Part shown: one piece after another, positions 1 through 9,016 of the stretch
Layout of the letters: the number at the start of each line of letters is the position of its first letter
Position numbering within the stretch: the first letter of the stretch is position 1
Notes under the pieces: generated by a model
Seen by the model: only the letters and a program-made list of their open reading frames with translations
Database searches by the model: none
Told to the model about the DNA's origin: nothing
Program-made: the position numbers and the translations under genes
DNA from: Abditibacteriaceae bacterium
GTDB lineage: Bacteria; Armatimonadota; Abditibacteriia; Abditibacteriales; Abditibacteriaceae
Length of the DNA stretch: 64,000 bases
Reading direction: 5' to 3'
Assembly: GCA_031425655.1 (NCBI GenBank)
Contig: JANPJS010000140.1
Location: 1 to 64,000, forward strand

Positions 1-2
1 TT

Positions 3-314
3 TGGGGCGGCGAATTCGGGCGCAGCGTTTATTCGCAAGGGCAACTCACCGAGACCACTTACGGGCGCGATCATCACCCGCGCTGCTTTTCGGTCTGGCT
101 CACCGGCGGCGGGATAAAGCGCGGCACCATCATCGGCGAAACGGACGACTTTTCCTACAACGTCGTAAGCGACCCGGTGCATATTCATGACCTCAACGCC
201 ACCGCGCTGCATCTGCTGGGTTTCGACCACACGCGGCTCACCGTTCGCCACCAAGGCCGCGACTACCGACTGACCGATGTCCACGGAAAAGTGGTGAAAC
301 AAATCCTCGCGTGA
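3..314 (+). CDS. DUF1501 family protein, C-terminal part (5' end outside window)
   Basis: Frame from nt 3 reads [37 protein letters not shown]...VVKQILA*, closely matching the C-terminus of 5156-6622. Not in the ORF track. Confidence 0.9.
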   Translation, partial: WGGEFGRSVYSQGQLTETTYGRDHHPRCFSVWLTGGGIKRGTIIGETDDFSYNVVSDPVHIHDLNATALHLLGFDHTRLTVRHQGRDYRLTDVHGKVVKQILA

Positions 315-320
315 AAAATT

Positions 321-385
321 GTGACGGGCCCATTCCTGTCCCCGCAGGACAACATTTCCCACGGAGACAAGAATGTCCCCGTCAC
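321..385. repeat. Imperfect inverted repeat, REP-doublet-like
   Basis: gtgacgggcccattcctgtccccg (321-344) matches the reverse complement of 362-385 at 20/24; intergenic. Confidence 0.65.
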
Positions 386-391
386 CCAACC

Positions 392-2800
392 ATGAAACCA
401 CATATGAAAAACCGCGCCATCAGCCGCCTTGCGGCCGGTTTTGCTACGGTTGCTCTGGTGACCTGCCTGCCGGTGGCGCGTGGTGCGGAAGTTACGCAGT
501 GGGAGGTGTTCGAAACCTCCTGCCAAAGCGCGAAAGCCTACCCGAACGCATTCACTGACGTGGAGGTGGATGTCGTCTTTAAGCAAGGCGACAAACTTTG
601 GAAGGTTCCGGCATTTTGGGCAGGCGGCAAGAAGTGGACGGTTCGATTCGCGCCTCCGGCTCTGGGGAAATACACCTACCGCGTCGAATGCACTGACAAG
701 GCGAATCCCGGCCTAAACGGAAAAGAACAGACACTCTCAGTCACGGCCTATACGGGAAGCAACCCGCTGCTCAAGCACGGGCCGTTGCGTGTTTCCACGA
801 ACAAGCGCCACTTCGAACACGCCGACGGCACGCCATTTTTCTGGCTGGGCGACACGTGGTGGAAAGGACTCTGCAGGCGCCTGCCGTGGGAAGGTTTTCA
901 GGAACTAACCTCTGACCGCAAGAAGAAGGGATTCTCGGTCGTGCAGATTGTCTGCGGAACCTACCCGGACGAACCGGGCCTCATGAAGCCAAGCTGGGAG
1001 AACGAAGGGGGGATGCCCTACCTGAAACAGGGTTTCAGCGAAATGAATCCTGAGTATTTCAATTACGCCGACCGCCGCTTTAAACATCTGGTCGAGGCTG
1101 GCATCGTTCCCGCCATCGTTAGCGGTTGGGGTCGTGCCGTGAATCTAAACGCCGTGGGGCTACCGGGCTACAAGCGCCATTTTCGCAACCTGATTGCGCG
1201 CTACGGTGCCTATCCGGTGATTTGGATTCTGGGTGGTGAAACCGATAAAACGCAAGGGCCGTGGCATGAGCTGGCAAAGTATGTCGAAGCCACCGACCCA
1301 TACGACCGCCTGCTGTGCAACCACACGTCTCACTTGCGCGGAGCGCTGGAAGGCTCCGCCATGTTCGATTTCGACATGGACGCGACCGGGCACAATTCCT
1401 GGAATACGGTGAATGACGTTCTTGGGAAGACCAGACAGTCGTTGAAATACGCCCCACTCAAGCCGTTCGTGAGCGGCGAATCCTGTTACGAACTGCACAT
1501 GCAGGAAAACCCCGCCTATCTCCAGCGTTACCAGTTCTGGGCGCTGATGCTGGCCGGGGCGGCCGGGCACACCTACGGCGCGGCGGGCATCTGGCATATG
1601 GCGACGCCCGAAGCGCATGGCAACTGGGGCGGGTGGGGCGGTCAGCCCTATGACCTGACGACTTGGAACGAAGGCATGAATTTTCCCGGTTCGGCCCAAC
1701 TGGGACGCGGCAAGGCACTTCTTTCCACGCTGCCCTGGCAACAGTTCGAGGAACATCCCGAATGGGTGGAGAAAGACCGCTTTGCTGCTGGCATTCCCGG
1801 CAAAGTCTGGGTGGTCTACCAACCGGGTCGCGGCGTTTATAACTGGGATGGAATCACGGTGAACCAAATCGAGCCGGGAACCTATTCCGCTTTCTATTTC
1901 GACCCGGTATCGGGACGTCGCTACGACCTTGGTCTGCACACGTTGTCTGGCACATGGAAGTCGCCGAACGTGCCATCCCCGCAGGACTGGGTGCTGGTGA
2001 TGCAGGCGCAGAAACCGGGTAAAACGGTCGCGCTCGCCCAGATCAAGGTCGGCGAACCGTGTTCCGGGAAACTGGAACCCGCCGGAGCGACGTTCACCCA
2101 AAAAAGCGGCCCGGAGTGGCTCACGATTAGTTCAGAGGGCCGCTACTCCGGCACCCCGCAGGACATTCATGCTGGTCGGAATTCGTTCCTGCTATCGGTC
2201 AAAAAGCCGGACAATGATGAGACGCTGCTTGAAGTGAGGATAAATGTCCTCGGCATCAATGGTGAAGTGTTCGTTGAATCTTTTAACGGTTACAGGGGAA
2301 CCCAAAACGAGAAGCAGGCCGATACCGCCTTGAACGTCGCCTATGGAGGCAAGGTGTCGGGTTGGGCCTATTCAGGCAGTGGTGCCATCCATGCCGTAGA
2401 CCGCTCCTTCAAAGGTGGCGAAGTCACGCCGTCCGACTGGGCCATCATGATCTTCGAGGACAATGTCATCACGTCCGACAAGATCGAGGCGAACGTCGCC
2501 GAAAAAAGCTATCAGGTTTCTTTTCAGGCGAGTCCGGCGGTCTATGCCCAAAGGTTTCAGGCCACGCAGGCCGGTGACGCTCTGCTCATCGAGGTGCTGC
2601 GTAAAGACGGCACGGTTCTGAAAAATTTCGAGCACGCGCCGGGCGCATGGAATGGCAAAGCTGAGTTCGGTGCCGCTGCCTTCGACTATCAAGGCGACGG
2701 CTCCGGTGCGCTCCAGCTTCGGATTGGCCCGGCCAAAACAATGAAAAGCGGGCGCTTCCACGGGGCAATTGACAATATCATCGTGAGGGAGAGGAATTGA
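392..2800 (+). CDS. Secreted DUF5060/DUF4038 (apiosidase-like) putative glycoside hydrolase with Ig-like and C-terminal beta-sandwich domains
   Basis: Signal peptide; motifs WEVFE, PAFWAGG..WTVRFAP, HADGTPFFWLGDTWW, ARYGAYPVIW..GGE and ESCYE; GPEWLTI..GTP Ig-like segment. Start at ATG 392 or 404. Confidence 0.75.
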   Translation: MKPHMKNRAISRLAAGFATVALVTCLPVARGAEVTQWEVFETSCQSAKAYPNAFTDVEVDVVFKQGDKLWKVPAFWAGGKKWTVRFAPPALGKYTYRVECTDKANPGLNGKEQTLSVTAYTGSNPLLKHGPLRVSTNKRHFEHADGTPFFWLGDTWWKGLCRRLPWEGFQELTSDRKKKGFSVVQIVCGTYPDEPGLMKPSWENEGGMPYLKQGFSEMNPEYFNYADRRFKHLVEAGIVPAIVSGWGRAVNLNAVGLPGYKRHFRNLIARYGAYPVIWILGGETDKTQGPWHELAKYVEATDPYDRLLCNHTSHLRGALEGSAMFDFDMDATGHNSWNTVNDVLGKTRQSLKYAPLKPFVSGESCYELHMQENPAYLQRYQFWALMLAGAAGHTYGAAGIWHMATPEAHGNWGGWGGQPYDLTTWNEGMNFPGSAQLGRGKALLSTLPWQQFEEHPEWVEKDRFAAGIPGKVWVVYQPGRGVYNWDGITVNQIEPGTYSAFYFDPVSGRRYDLGLHTLSGTWKSPNVPSPQDWVLVMQAQKPGKTVALAQIKVGEPCSGKLEPAGATFTQKSGPEWLTISSEGRYSGTPQDIHAGRNSFLLSVKKPDNDETLLEVRINVLGINGEVFVESFNGYRGTQNEKQADTALNVAYGGKVSGWAYSGSGAIHAVDRSFKGGEVTPSDWAIMIFEDNVITSDKIEANVAEKSYQVSFQASPAVYAQRFQATQAGDALLIEVLRKDGTVLKNFEHAPGAWNGKAEFGAAAFDYQGDGSGALQLRIGPAKTMKSGRFHGAIDNIIVRERN

Positions 2801-2808
2801 AGTTGCTC

Positions 2809-2900
2809 ATGAATCAAGCTCGGATAACTTACGACGCCATTATCGTCGGCGGCGGGCACAACGGCTTGGTGGCGGCGAGTTATTTGGGCAAGGCGGGAAA
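2809..2900 (+). pseudogene. 5' remnant of the FAD oxidoreductase gene, fused in frame to the next CDS
   Basis: MNQARITYDAIIVGGGHNGLVAASYLGKAG duplicates the N-terminus of 6661-8217. Confidence 0.85.
2829..2900 (+). repeat. Direct repeat DR1, copy a (copy b at 6681-6752)
   Basis: 72 bp, 69/72 identical by manual alignment. Confidence 0.95.
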
Positions 2901-2910
2901 CACACTCCGC

Positions 2911-5142
2911 ATGGCCCGCTTGCTCCTGGCACTTTTTGCCATCCATTTATTCGCTGCCTCTGCCCAAGGCTTGGAGCCGAACTTCAATCGAGACATCCGT
3001 CCCATTCTCTCGGAAAACTGTTTCGCGTGCCACGGCCCGGACGAGAAGCATCGCAAGGCGGGGTTGCGACTGGATACGAAGGAAGGCGCTTTTGGAAAGT
3101 CCAAGAGTGGAGCCATGGCGATTGTGCCCGGCAACTTGAAGAAAAGCGAGATGTGGGCGCGACTTATCACGACCGATAAAGACGAGGTGATGCCGCCGCC
3201 GGACTCACACAAGACGCTCACTGTCGTGGAAAAAGAACGCGTCCGAAAATGGATCGAGTCCGGTGCAGCATACGAAAAACACTGGGCATTTGTGCCGCCG
3301 CAGCGCCCGCCGGTGCCGGTTGGTGCGGCGAAAAATGCGATTGACGCATTTATCATTGAACGATTGAAACGTGAGGGACTCGCGCGCTCACCGGAGGCGG
3401 AGAAAGAACGGCTGCTGCGACGGGTGACATTGGATCTGACCGGCTTGCCGCCGACGCCAGAGGAGTTGGACGCGTTTCTTGCGGAAAAAACACCCGGTGC
3501 ATACGAGAGGCAAGTGGACCGCCTTCTGGTGTCGCCGCGTTTCGGCGAGCGTATGGCCGTTCGCTGGCTGGATTTGGCGCGCTATGGCGATACGAACGGA
3601 TATCTGCACGACCATCGGCGCACCAGTTGGCCCTGGCGTGACTGGGTAATCAAAGCCTTCAACGACGACATGCCTTTTGATCGCTTCGTCATCGAGCAGC
3701 TTGCGGGCGATCTTCTTCCCGGTGCCACCCCGGAGCAGGTGCTGGCCACGGCCTTCTCCCGGAATCATCTCATCACCACGGAGGGCGGCACCATTGCCGC
3801 AGAATATCTCAATGAATACGCTGCCGACCGTGTGCAAACGGTGGGCACTGCCTTCATGGGGCTGACTTTCAACTGCAACCGCTGTCACGATCACAAATTC
3901 GATCCGCTGCCGCAGGACGATTTTTATGGCATGCAGGCGTATTTCAATTCCATCACCGAAAAGCACGAAGAGAATAACAAGGCCGTGGCCTATCCGCCCA
4001 TGATTACTGTGCCTTCGCCCTTGGCACCCCTGGGGCCTAAAGCACAGGTCATGGTGATGCAGGAGGCGGCCACTGCGACTCCCACCTTTGTGCTGGCACG
4101 CGGTCAATACGATCAACCCGACAAAGCCCGCCCGGCACTGCGCCGCCCGCCCCAGGTGCTCGGTGCTGCTTTGGAGGATGCGCCAAAGAACCGGCTCGGT
4201 CTCGCGCAATGGATGGTGTCGTCGCGGAATCCACTGCTCGCACGCGTGACGGTGAACCGGCTCTGGCAGCAACTCTTTGGGACGGGGCTGGTGAAGACGG
4301 TGGATGATTTCGGGATGCAAGGCGAATATCCATCGCACCCGGAACTGCTCGACTGGCTCGCGGTGGAGTTTCGCGAAGGCCCGAAACCGTGGAGCGTGCG
4401 CCACATCATGCGCCAGATGGTGACGAGTGCGACTTATCGCCAGTCATCGCGAATCAACCCCAGAACAACCGCCAAAGATCCGGAAAACCGCTTGTTCACA
4501 CACTTTCCACGGCAGCGGCTCACAGCCGAAGAAATTCGTGATCAGGCCCTGTTCATAGCCGGCTTGTTGTCGGAGGAACTGGGTGGAGAACCGGTGTTTC
4601 CCTATCAACCGCCAGGGCTTTGGGAGGAACGTTCCAACGGAAGCAGTAACACAAAAACATACAAACGCAGCACAGGCCCGGCGCTCCACCGCCGCAGCTT
4701 ATATACGTTCGTAAAACGCACGTCGCCTCCCGCGCTGATGGCCATTTTTGATGCGCCTGATCGCACAGCCTGCAGCGTTCGACGGACGCCGACGAACACG
4801 CCGCTCCAAGCGCTCGCCGCGCTCAACGACGAACAATTCCTCGAATGTGCGAAGCTGCTCGCCGCCCGCACGCTGAAAGAAAACGGCAACACGCCCACCC
4901 GCCTCACGCGGCTTTACCGCCGCGCCACCGGGAGGACTCCGTCCGAGGCCGATCTTAAAACGCTGGGCAAAGGACTCGATGGCCTCCTCGTTCGCTATCG
5001 CGCCGCGCCGGAGGATGCTGCCGCGCTGCTCCAGCAAGGCGTGACTCCCGCTCCGGCGGATATCGAAAAACCAGAGCTTGCCGCTTGGATGCTTATCGCC
5101 AACACCGTGCTCAACTTGGACGCGACTCTCGTGCGCGACTGA
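2911..5142 (+). CDS. Planctomycete cytochrome c / DUF1549 / DUF1553 protein
   Basis: Signal peptide MARLLLALF..AQG; FNRDIRPILSENCFACHGPD; RRVTLDLTGLPP; WLDLARYGDT; CNRCHDHKFDP; PSHPELLDWLA; TNTPLQAL. Confidence 0.92.
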   Translation: MARLLLALFAIHLFAASAQGLEPNFNRDIRPILSENCFACHGPDEKHRKAGLRLDTKEGAFGKSKSGAMAIVPGNLKKSEMWARLITTDKDEVMPPPDSHKTLTVVEKERVRKWIESGAAYEKHWAFVPPQRPPVPVGAAKNAIDAFIIERLKREGLARSPEAEKERLLRRVTLDLTGLPPTPEELDAFLAEKTPGAYERQVDRLLVSPRFGERMAVRWLDLARYGDTNGYLHDHRRTSWPWRDWVIKAFNDDMPFDRFVIEQLAGDLLPGATPEQVLATAFSRNHLITTEGGTIAAEYLNEYAADRVQTVGTAFMGLTFNCNRCHDHKFDPLPQDDFYGMQAYFNSITEKHEENNKAVAYPPMITVPSPLAPLGPKAQVMVMQEAATATPTFVLARGQYDQPDKARPALRRPPQVLGAALEDAPKNRLGLAQWMVSSRNPLLARVTVNRLWQQLFGTGLVKTVDDFGMQGEYPSHPELLDWLAVEFREGPKPWSVRHIMRQMVTSATYRQSSRINPRTTAKDPENRLFTHFPRQRLTAEEIRDQALFIAGLLSEELGGEPVFPYQPPGLWEERSNGSSNTKTYKRSTGPALHRRSLYTFVKRTSPPALMAIFDAPDRTACSVRRTPTNTPLQALAALNDEQFLECAKLLAARTLKENGNTPTRLTRLYRRATGRTPSEADLKTLGKGLDGLLVRYRAAPEDAAALLQQGVTPAPADIEKPELAAWMLIANTVLNLDATLVRD

Positions 5143-5155
5143 CCGCAAAACGACA

Positions 5156-6622
5156 ATGCACCCACTTCACGATCAATTTTTCAACATCAACCGCCGACAG
5201 ATGCTCAAAGGCGCGGCGGCAGGCGGACTTGCTTTTCTGGGCGGCCCGGCCCTTTCGCAATTGCTCGGCACAGACGCCGCCGCCGCACCCGGTCAGAAAG
5301 CAGGGCTTCCCGGTTTCCCCAACTTTGCACCCAAAGCCAAGCGCGTGATTCATCTCTACATGGAGGGCGCTCCGTCGCAGCTCGACACGTTCGACCACAA
5401 GCCCGGCTTGCAGGAGATGTTCGATAAAGACCTGCCGCCCTCGGTGCGCGGCTCGCAGCGGCTCACCGGCATGACCTCCGGGCAGGCGCGCTTTCCCATT
5501 GCCCCTTCGATCTTCGGATTCAGCAAACACGCGAATCAGCAGGATGGCCTGTGGGTTTCCGATCTTCTCAAACAAACGGGTGGAATGGCAAAAGAGATTT
5601 GCGTGGTCAAGTCCATGATGACCGAGCAGATCAACCACGGCCCCGGCGTGACCTTCATGCAGACCGGCCACCAACTGCCGGGCAGGCCGTCCATCGGCGC
5701 GTGGCTCTCGTATGGGCTGGGCAGTGCCAATGCCGATCTGCCGACGTTTGTGGTCATGATCAGTCAGGGGCGAGGACAAATGCAGGCGCTGTTTTCGCAC
5801 CTGTGGGGCGCGGGTTTTCTGCCGGGCGAACATCAGGGAGTGCAGTTCCGTGCCGGGAGCGACCCGGTGCTTTTTCTCAATGACCCCAAAGGCATGCGCC
5901 GCGAAGACCGCCGATGGGTTCTCGACATGATCGCCGACCTGAACCACCGCGAGGCGGAGAAAAACGGCGACAGCGAGGTGCTCGCGCGCATCGCACAATA
6001 CGAAATGGCCTTCCGGATGCAAGCCAGCGTGCCCGATCTGACCGATTTTAAGAGTGAAACCGAAGCCACGCTCAACATGTATGGCCCGGACGTGCGCAAG
6101 CCCGGCAGCTACGCCTACAACTGCCTCATGGCCCGGCGTATGGCAGAACGTGGCGTGCGGTTTATTCAGCTCTACCATCGCGGCTGGGATCATCACGGCA
6201 GCGTGGTCAAGGATCTGCCACTGCAATGCCAAGACGTGGATCAGCCGCAGGCGGCGCTGCTCCAAGACTTGCGCCAGCGCGGCCTGCTCGATGAGACGCT
6301 GGTGGTTTGGGGCGGCGAGTTTGGCCGCACCGTTTACGGACAGGGCCAACTGACCAAAACCCAATATGGCCGCGATCATCATCCGCGTTGCTTCTCGATG
6401 TGGCTCGCCGGAGGCGGCATCAAAGGCGGTATTTCCTACGGCCAGACCGACGAATTTTCCTACAATATCGCAGAAAACCCCGTCTCCGCGCACGACTTGC
6501 ACGCCACCATGCTGCACTGTCTGGGCATAGATCACGAACGATTTACCTACAAAACACAGGGGCTCGACATGAAGCTCACGGGAGTCGAACCCGCCCGCGT
6601 CGTCAAAGAGATTCTGAATTGA
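5156..6622 (+). CDS. DUF1501 family protein (Tat signal)
   Basis: NRRQMLK twin-arginine motif; FAPKAKRVIHLYMEGAPSQLDTFD; GWDHH; WGGEFGRT; GRDHHP. Confidence 0.92.
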   Translation: MHPLHDQFFNINRRQMLKGAAAGGLAFLGGPALSQLLGTDAAAAPGQKAGLPGFPNFAPKAKRVIHLYMEGAPSQLDTFDHKPGLQEMFDKDLPPSVRGSQRLTGMTSGQARFPIAPSIFGFSKHANQQDGLWVSDLLKQTGGMAKEICVVKSMMTEQINHGPGVTFMQTGHQLPGRPSIGAWLSYGLGSANADLPTFVVMISQGRGQMQALFSHLWGAGFLPGEHQGVQFRAGSDPVLFLNDPKGMRREDRRWVLDMIADLNHREAEKNGDSEVLARIAQYEMAFRMQASVPDLTDFKSETEATLNMYGPDVRKPGSYAYNCLMARRMAERGVRFIQLYHRGWDHHGSVVKDLPLQCQDVDQPQAALLQDLRQRGLLDETLVVWGGEFGRTVYGQGQLTKTQYGRDHHPRCFSMWLAGGGIKGGISYGQTDEFSYNIAENPVSAHDLHATMLHCLGIDHERFTYKTQGLDMKLTGVEPARVVKEILN

Positions 6623-6660
6623 TCAACAGCGCGGACTACTCCATCACCAGAAACATGCAC

Positions 6661-8217
6661 ATGAAACAAAATCAGTCGAATTACGACGCCATCGTTGTCG
6701 GCGGCGGGCACAACGGCTTGGTGGCGGCGAGTTATTTGGGCAAGGCGGGAAAATCGGTGCTGTTGCTGGAAGCAGAGGGCGAACTGGGCGGGGCCACGAG
6801 CAGCGCGCGGCCTTGGCCCGAATACGAGGCGCGGCTTTCGCGCTACGCCTATTTGGTGTCGCTGCTGCCCGATAAAATCGTGGCGGAGTTGGGCATCAAT
6901 TTTAAGACGCTTGAGCGCAAAGTCGCCTCTTACACGCCGTATCAGCGGGATGGCCGCGACGATGGTCTGCTGATTTCCACGGAGTGGGACGAAGCGAGCG
7001 CGAGCAGCTTCCGGCGGCTGACCGGCTCGGAGCGCGAAGGCACCGCATGGCGCGAGTTCTACGCGGAAATCGGCAAACTGGCGCAGCACTTCGCGCCGAG
7101 CTTGTTGCAGCCGCTCAAAAGCGCGGCGCAGCTCCAAGCCGAAATCGGCTTGCCGCGACTGTGGCGCGAATTAATGGAAGTGCCGATTGGCGAAGTCATT
7201 CGCCAGCGATTCGGCGATGACTTGGTGCGCGGCGTGGCGCTGACGGATGCGCTGATTGGAACTTTCGTTTGTGCCGACGATTTGCAGGCCAATCGTTGTT
7301 TTCTCTATCACCTGATTGGCAACGGCACCGGCCAGTGGCGCGTGCCGCAGGGCGGCATGGGCGCTCTGGTCAAAGAACTGCATCGCATCGCCGCCTTGCA
7401 CGGCGTGGAAATCAAGCTCCACGCCAAAGTTGCCGCGCTGGAAAGCGGCCCGCCGGGTGTTCGCATCCAAACGGAATCAGGCGAAAGCTACGCTGCCAAG
7501 GACCTGCTTTTTGCCGCTGCACCGCAACATCTGGCGCGTTTGCGCGGGCAAGAGGTGGCGCAGTCGTTAGAGGGTTCGCAACTGAAAATCAATATGCTGC
7601 TAACGCGCCTGCCGCGCCTCAAGTCGGGCGTGGACGCGCGACTCGCTTTTGCGGGCACGTTTCATGTCAATGAAAGCTATTCCCAACTGGAAGCCGCTTA
7701 CACCGGCGCTCGCGCTGGCGAGATGCCGCTGCCGCTGCCACTTGAACTGTATTGCCACACGCTGACCGATTCCAGCATTCTTTCGGCAGAGTTGAACGTG
7801 CAAGGCTTTCAAACGCTCACGCTGTTTGGATTGCACACGCCCGCGCAGCTCTTCGATGCGAACCCCGAACGGGCCAAGTCACTGGCCACAGAGCGCGCCC
7901 TTGCGAGTTTGAATCAGTATTTGCTCGACCCCATCGAATCCGTCCTCGCGCCCTGCCGCGATGGCTCGCAGGCCATCGAAGTGAAAACGCCACTTGATTT
8001 GGAAAAGGACATCGCTTTGCCGCGCGGCAATATTTTCCATCGCGACCTGGATTTTCCTTTCCTTGATGACGAAGCGGCGGGCGCAGAGCGGCCAATCTGG
8101 GGCGCAGAAACCGACGACGCGCATATTTATCTCGCCGGTGCGGGCGCACGGCGCGGCGGCGGCGTCAGCGGCATCGCCGGTCATAACGCCGCGATGGCGT
8201 TGCTGTCCAAGGATTAG
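6661..8217 (+). CDS. Phytoene-desaturase-like FAD/NAD(P)-dependent oxidoreductase
   Basis: YDAIVVGGGHNGLVAASYL Rossmann motif; LGGA; GGMGAL; GNIFH; GGGVSGIAGHNAA. Start at 6655 or 6661. Confidence 0.88.
   Translation: MKQNQSNYDAIVVGGGHNGLVAASYLGKAGKSVLLLEAEGELGGATSSARPWPEYEARLSRYAYLVSLLPDKIVAELGINFKTLERKVASYTPYQRDGRDDGLLISTEWDEASASSFRRLTGSEREGTAWREFYAEIGKLAQHFAPSLLQPLKSAAQLQAEIGLPRLWRELMEVPIGEVIRQRFGDDLVRGVALTDALIGTFVCADDLQANRCFLYHLIGNGTGQWRVPQGGMGALVKELHRIAALHGVEIKLHAKVAALESGPPGVRIQTESGESYAAKDLLFAAAPQHLARLRGQEVAQSLEGSQLKINMLLTRLPRLKSGVDARLAFAGTFHVNESYSQLEAAYTGARAGEMPLPLPLELYCHTLTDSSILSAELNVQGFQTLTLFGLHTPAQLFDANPERAKSLATERALASLNQYLLDPIESVLAPCRDGSQAIEVKTPLDLEKDIALPRGNIFHRDLDFPFLDDEAAGAERPIWGAETDDAHIYLAGAGARRGGGVSGIAGHNAAMALLSKD
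6681..6752 (+). repeat. Direct repeat DR1, copy b
   Basis: Matches 2829-2900 at 69/72. Confidence 0.95.
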
Positions 8218-8226
8218 ACTTTTCCC

Positions 8227-8961
8227 ATGAAATTTGCAATGCTTCTCGTAGTTTTGTTCTGCTTCCCCGCGTTCGCGGCAAAAGCCCCGCTGCCCACGGC
8301 TCACACCACGCGCGACATCGAAGGTTGGAAAATTCGCGTGGACGACCGACTGCTGCAAGGCGACGGCGCGGCGCAGGGCGAACGAGCCTTGAAACTGCTC
8401 GCGTCGCGGCTCGTCGCCATCACCATCGTGGTGCCGGAAAAATCGCTGGCCAAGCTGCGCGCCATCACCATCCAGCTCGATTTGAACCATGGCGGTCTGC
8501 GCGCGATGCAATATCACCCCTCTGCCGGCTGGCTGAAGAACAACGGCTACAGCGAGGCGCTGGCTAAGTGCGTCCACATTCCGGAGGTGAGCGATTTCCT
8601 CAACCCGTCGGAGAATCTCCGAATGCCGTGGGTCGTGCTGCATGAACTGGCGCACGGGTTTCATGATCAGGCCATCGGATTCGATGACGCCCGCGTGACC
8701 GCCGCCTGGAAAAAGTTTTGCGACAGCGGGAAATACAAATCCGTCCTCACCAGCCTTGGCCGTATGCGCGAACACTACGGGCTGACCGACCAAAAGGAGT
8801 TTTTCGCCGAAATGACCGAGAGCTATTTCGGCTCGAACGATTTCTTCCCCTTCGTTACCGGCGAGTTGAAGCAGGCCGAGCCGGAGATTTTCGCGCTGCT
8901 GGCTGAAATCTGGGGGCCGCTTCCCGGTTTCGCACCACCAAAACCCAAGGACAAGCCATGA
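8227..8961 (+). CDS. Secreted zinc metallopeptidase-like protein (HExxH)
   Basis: Signal peptide; VVLHELAHGFH with downstream EFFAE third-ligand-like motif. Confidence 0.75.
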   Translation: MKFAMLLVVLFCFPAFAAKAPLPTAHTTRDIEGWKIRVDDRLLQGDGAAQGERALKLLASRLVAITIVVPEKSLAKLRAITIQLDLNHGGLRAMQYHPSAGWLKNNGYSEALAKCVHIPEVSDFLNPSENLRMPWVVLHELAHGFHDQAIGFDDARVTAAWKKFCDSGKYKSVLTSLGRMREHYGLTDQKEFFAEMTESYFGSNDFFPFVTGELKQAEPEIFALLAEIWGPLPGFAPPKPKDKP

Positions 8962-9016
8962 AGCGCATTCTCATTTCCATAATCGCCTTAGCTGCGACGA
9001 ATTGCGGCAACGCGGC
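8916..9016 (+). repeat. Direct repeat DR2, copy a (copy b at 17112-17212)
   Basis: 101 bp, 95/101 identical; spans a stop/start overlap (PLPGFAPPKPKDKP* / MKRILI.IIALAATNCG.AA). Confidence 0.95.

Noticed and set aside
2797..2910. A genuine FAD-binding domain on the DUF1549 cytochrome protein
   Set aside because: Only the first 30 or so residues are present, and they duplicate the gene at 6661. Treated as a junction remnant.
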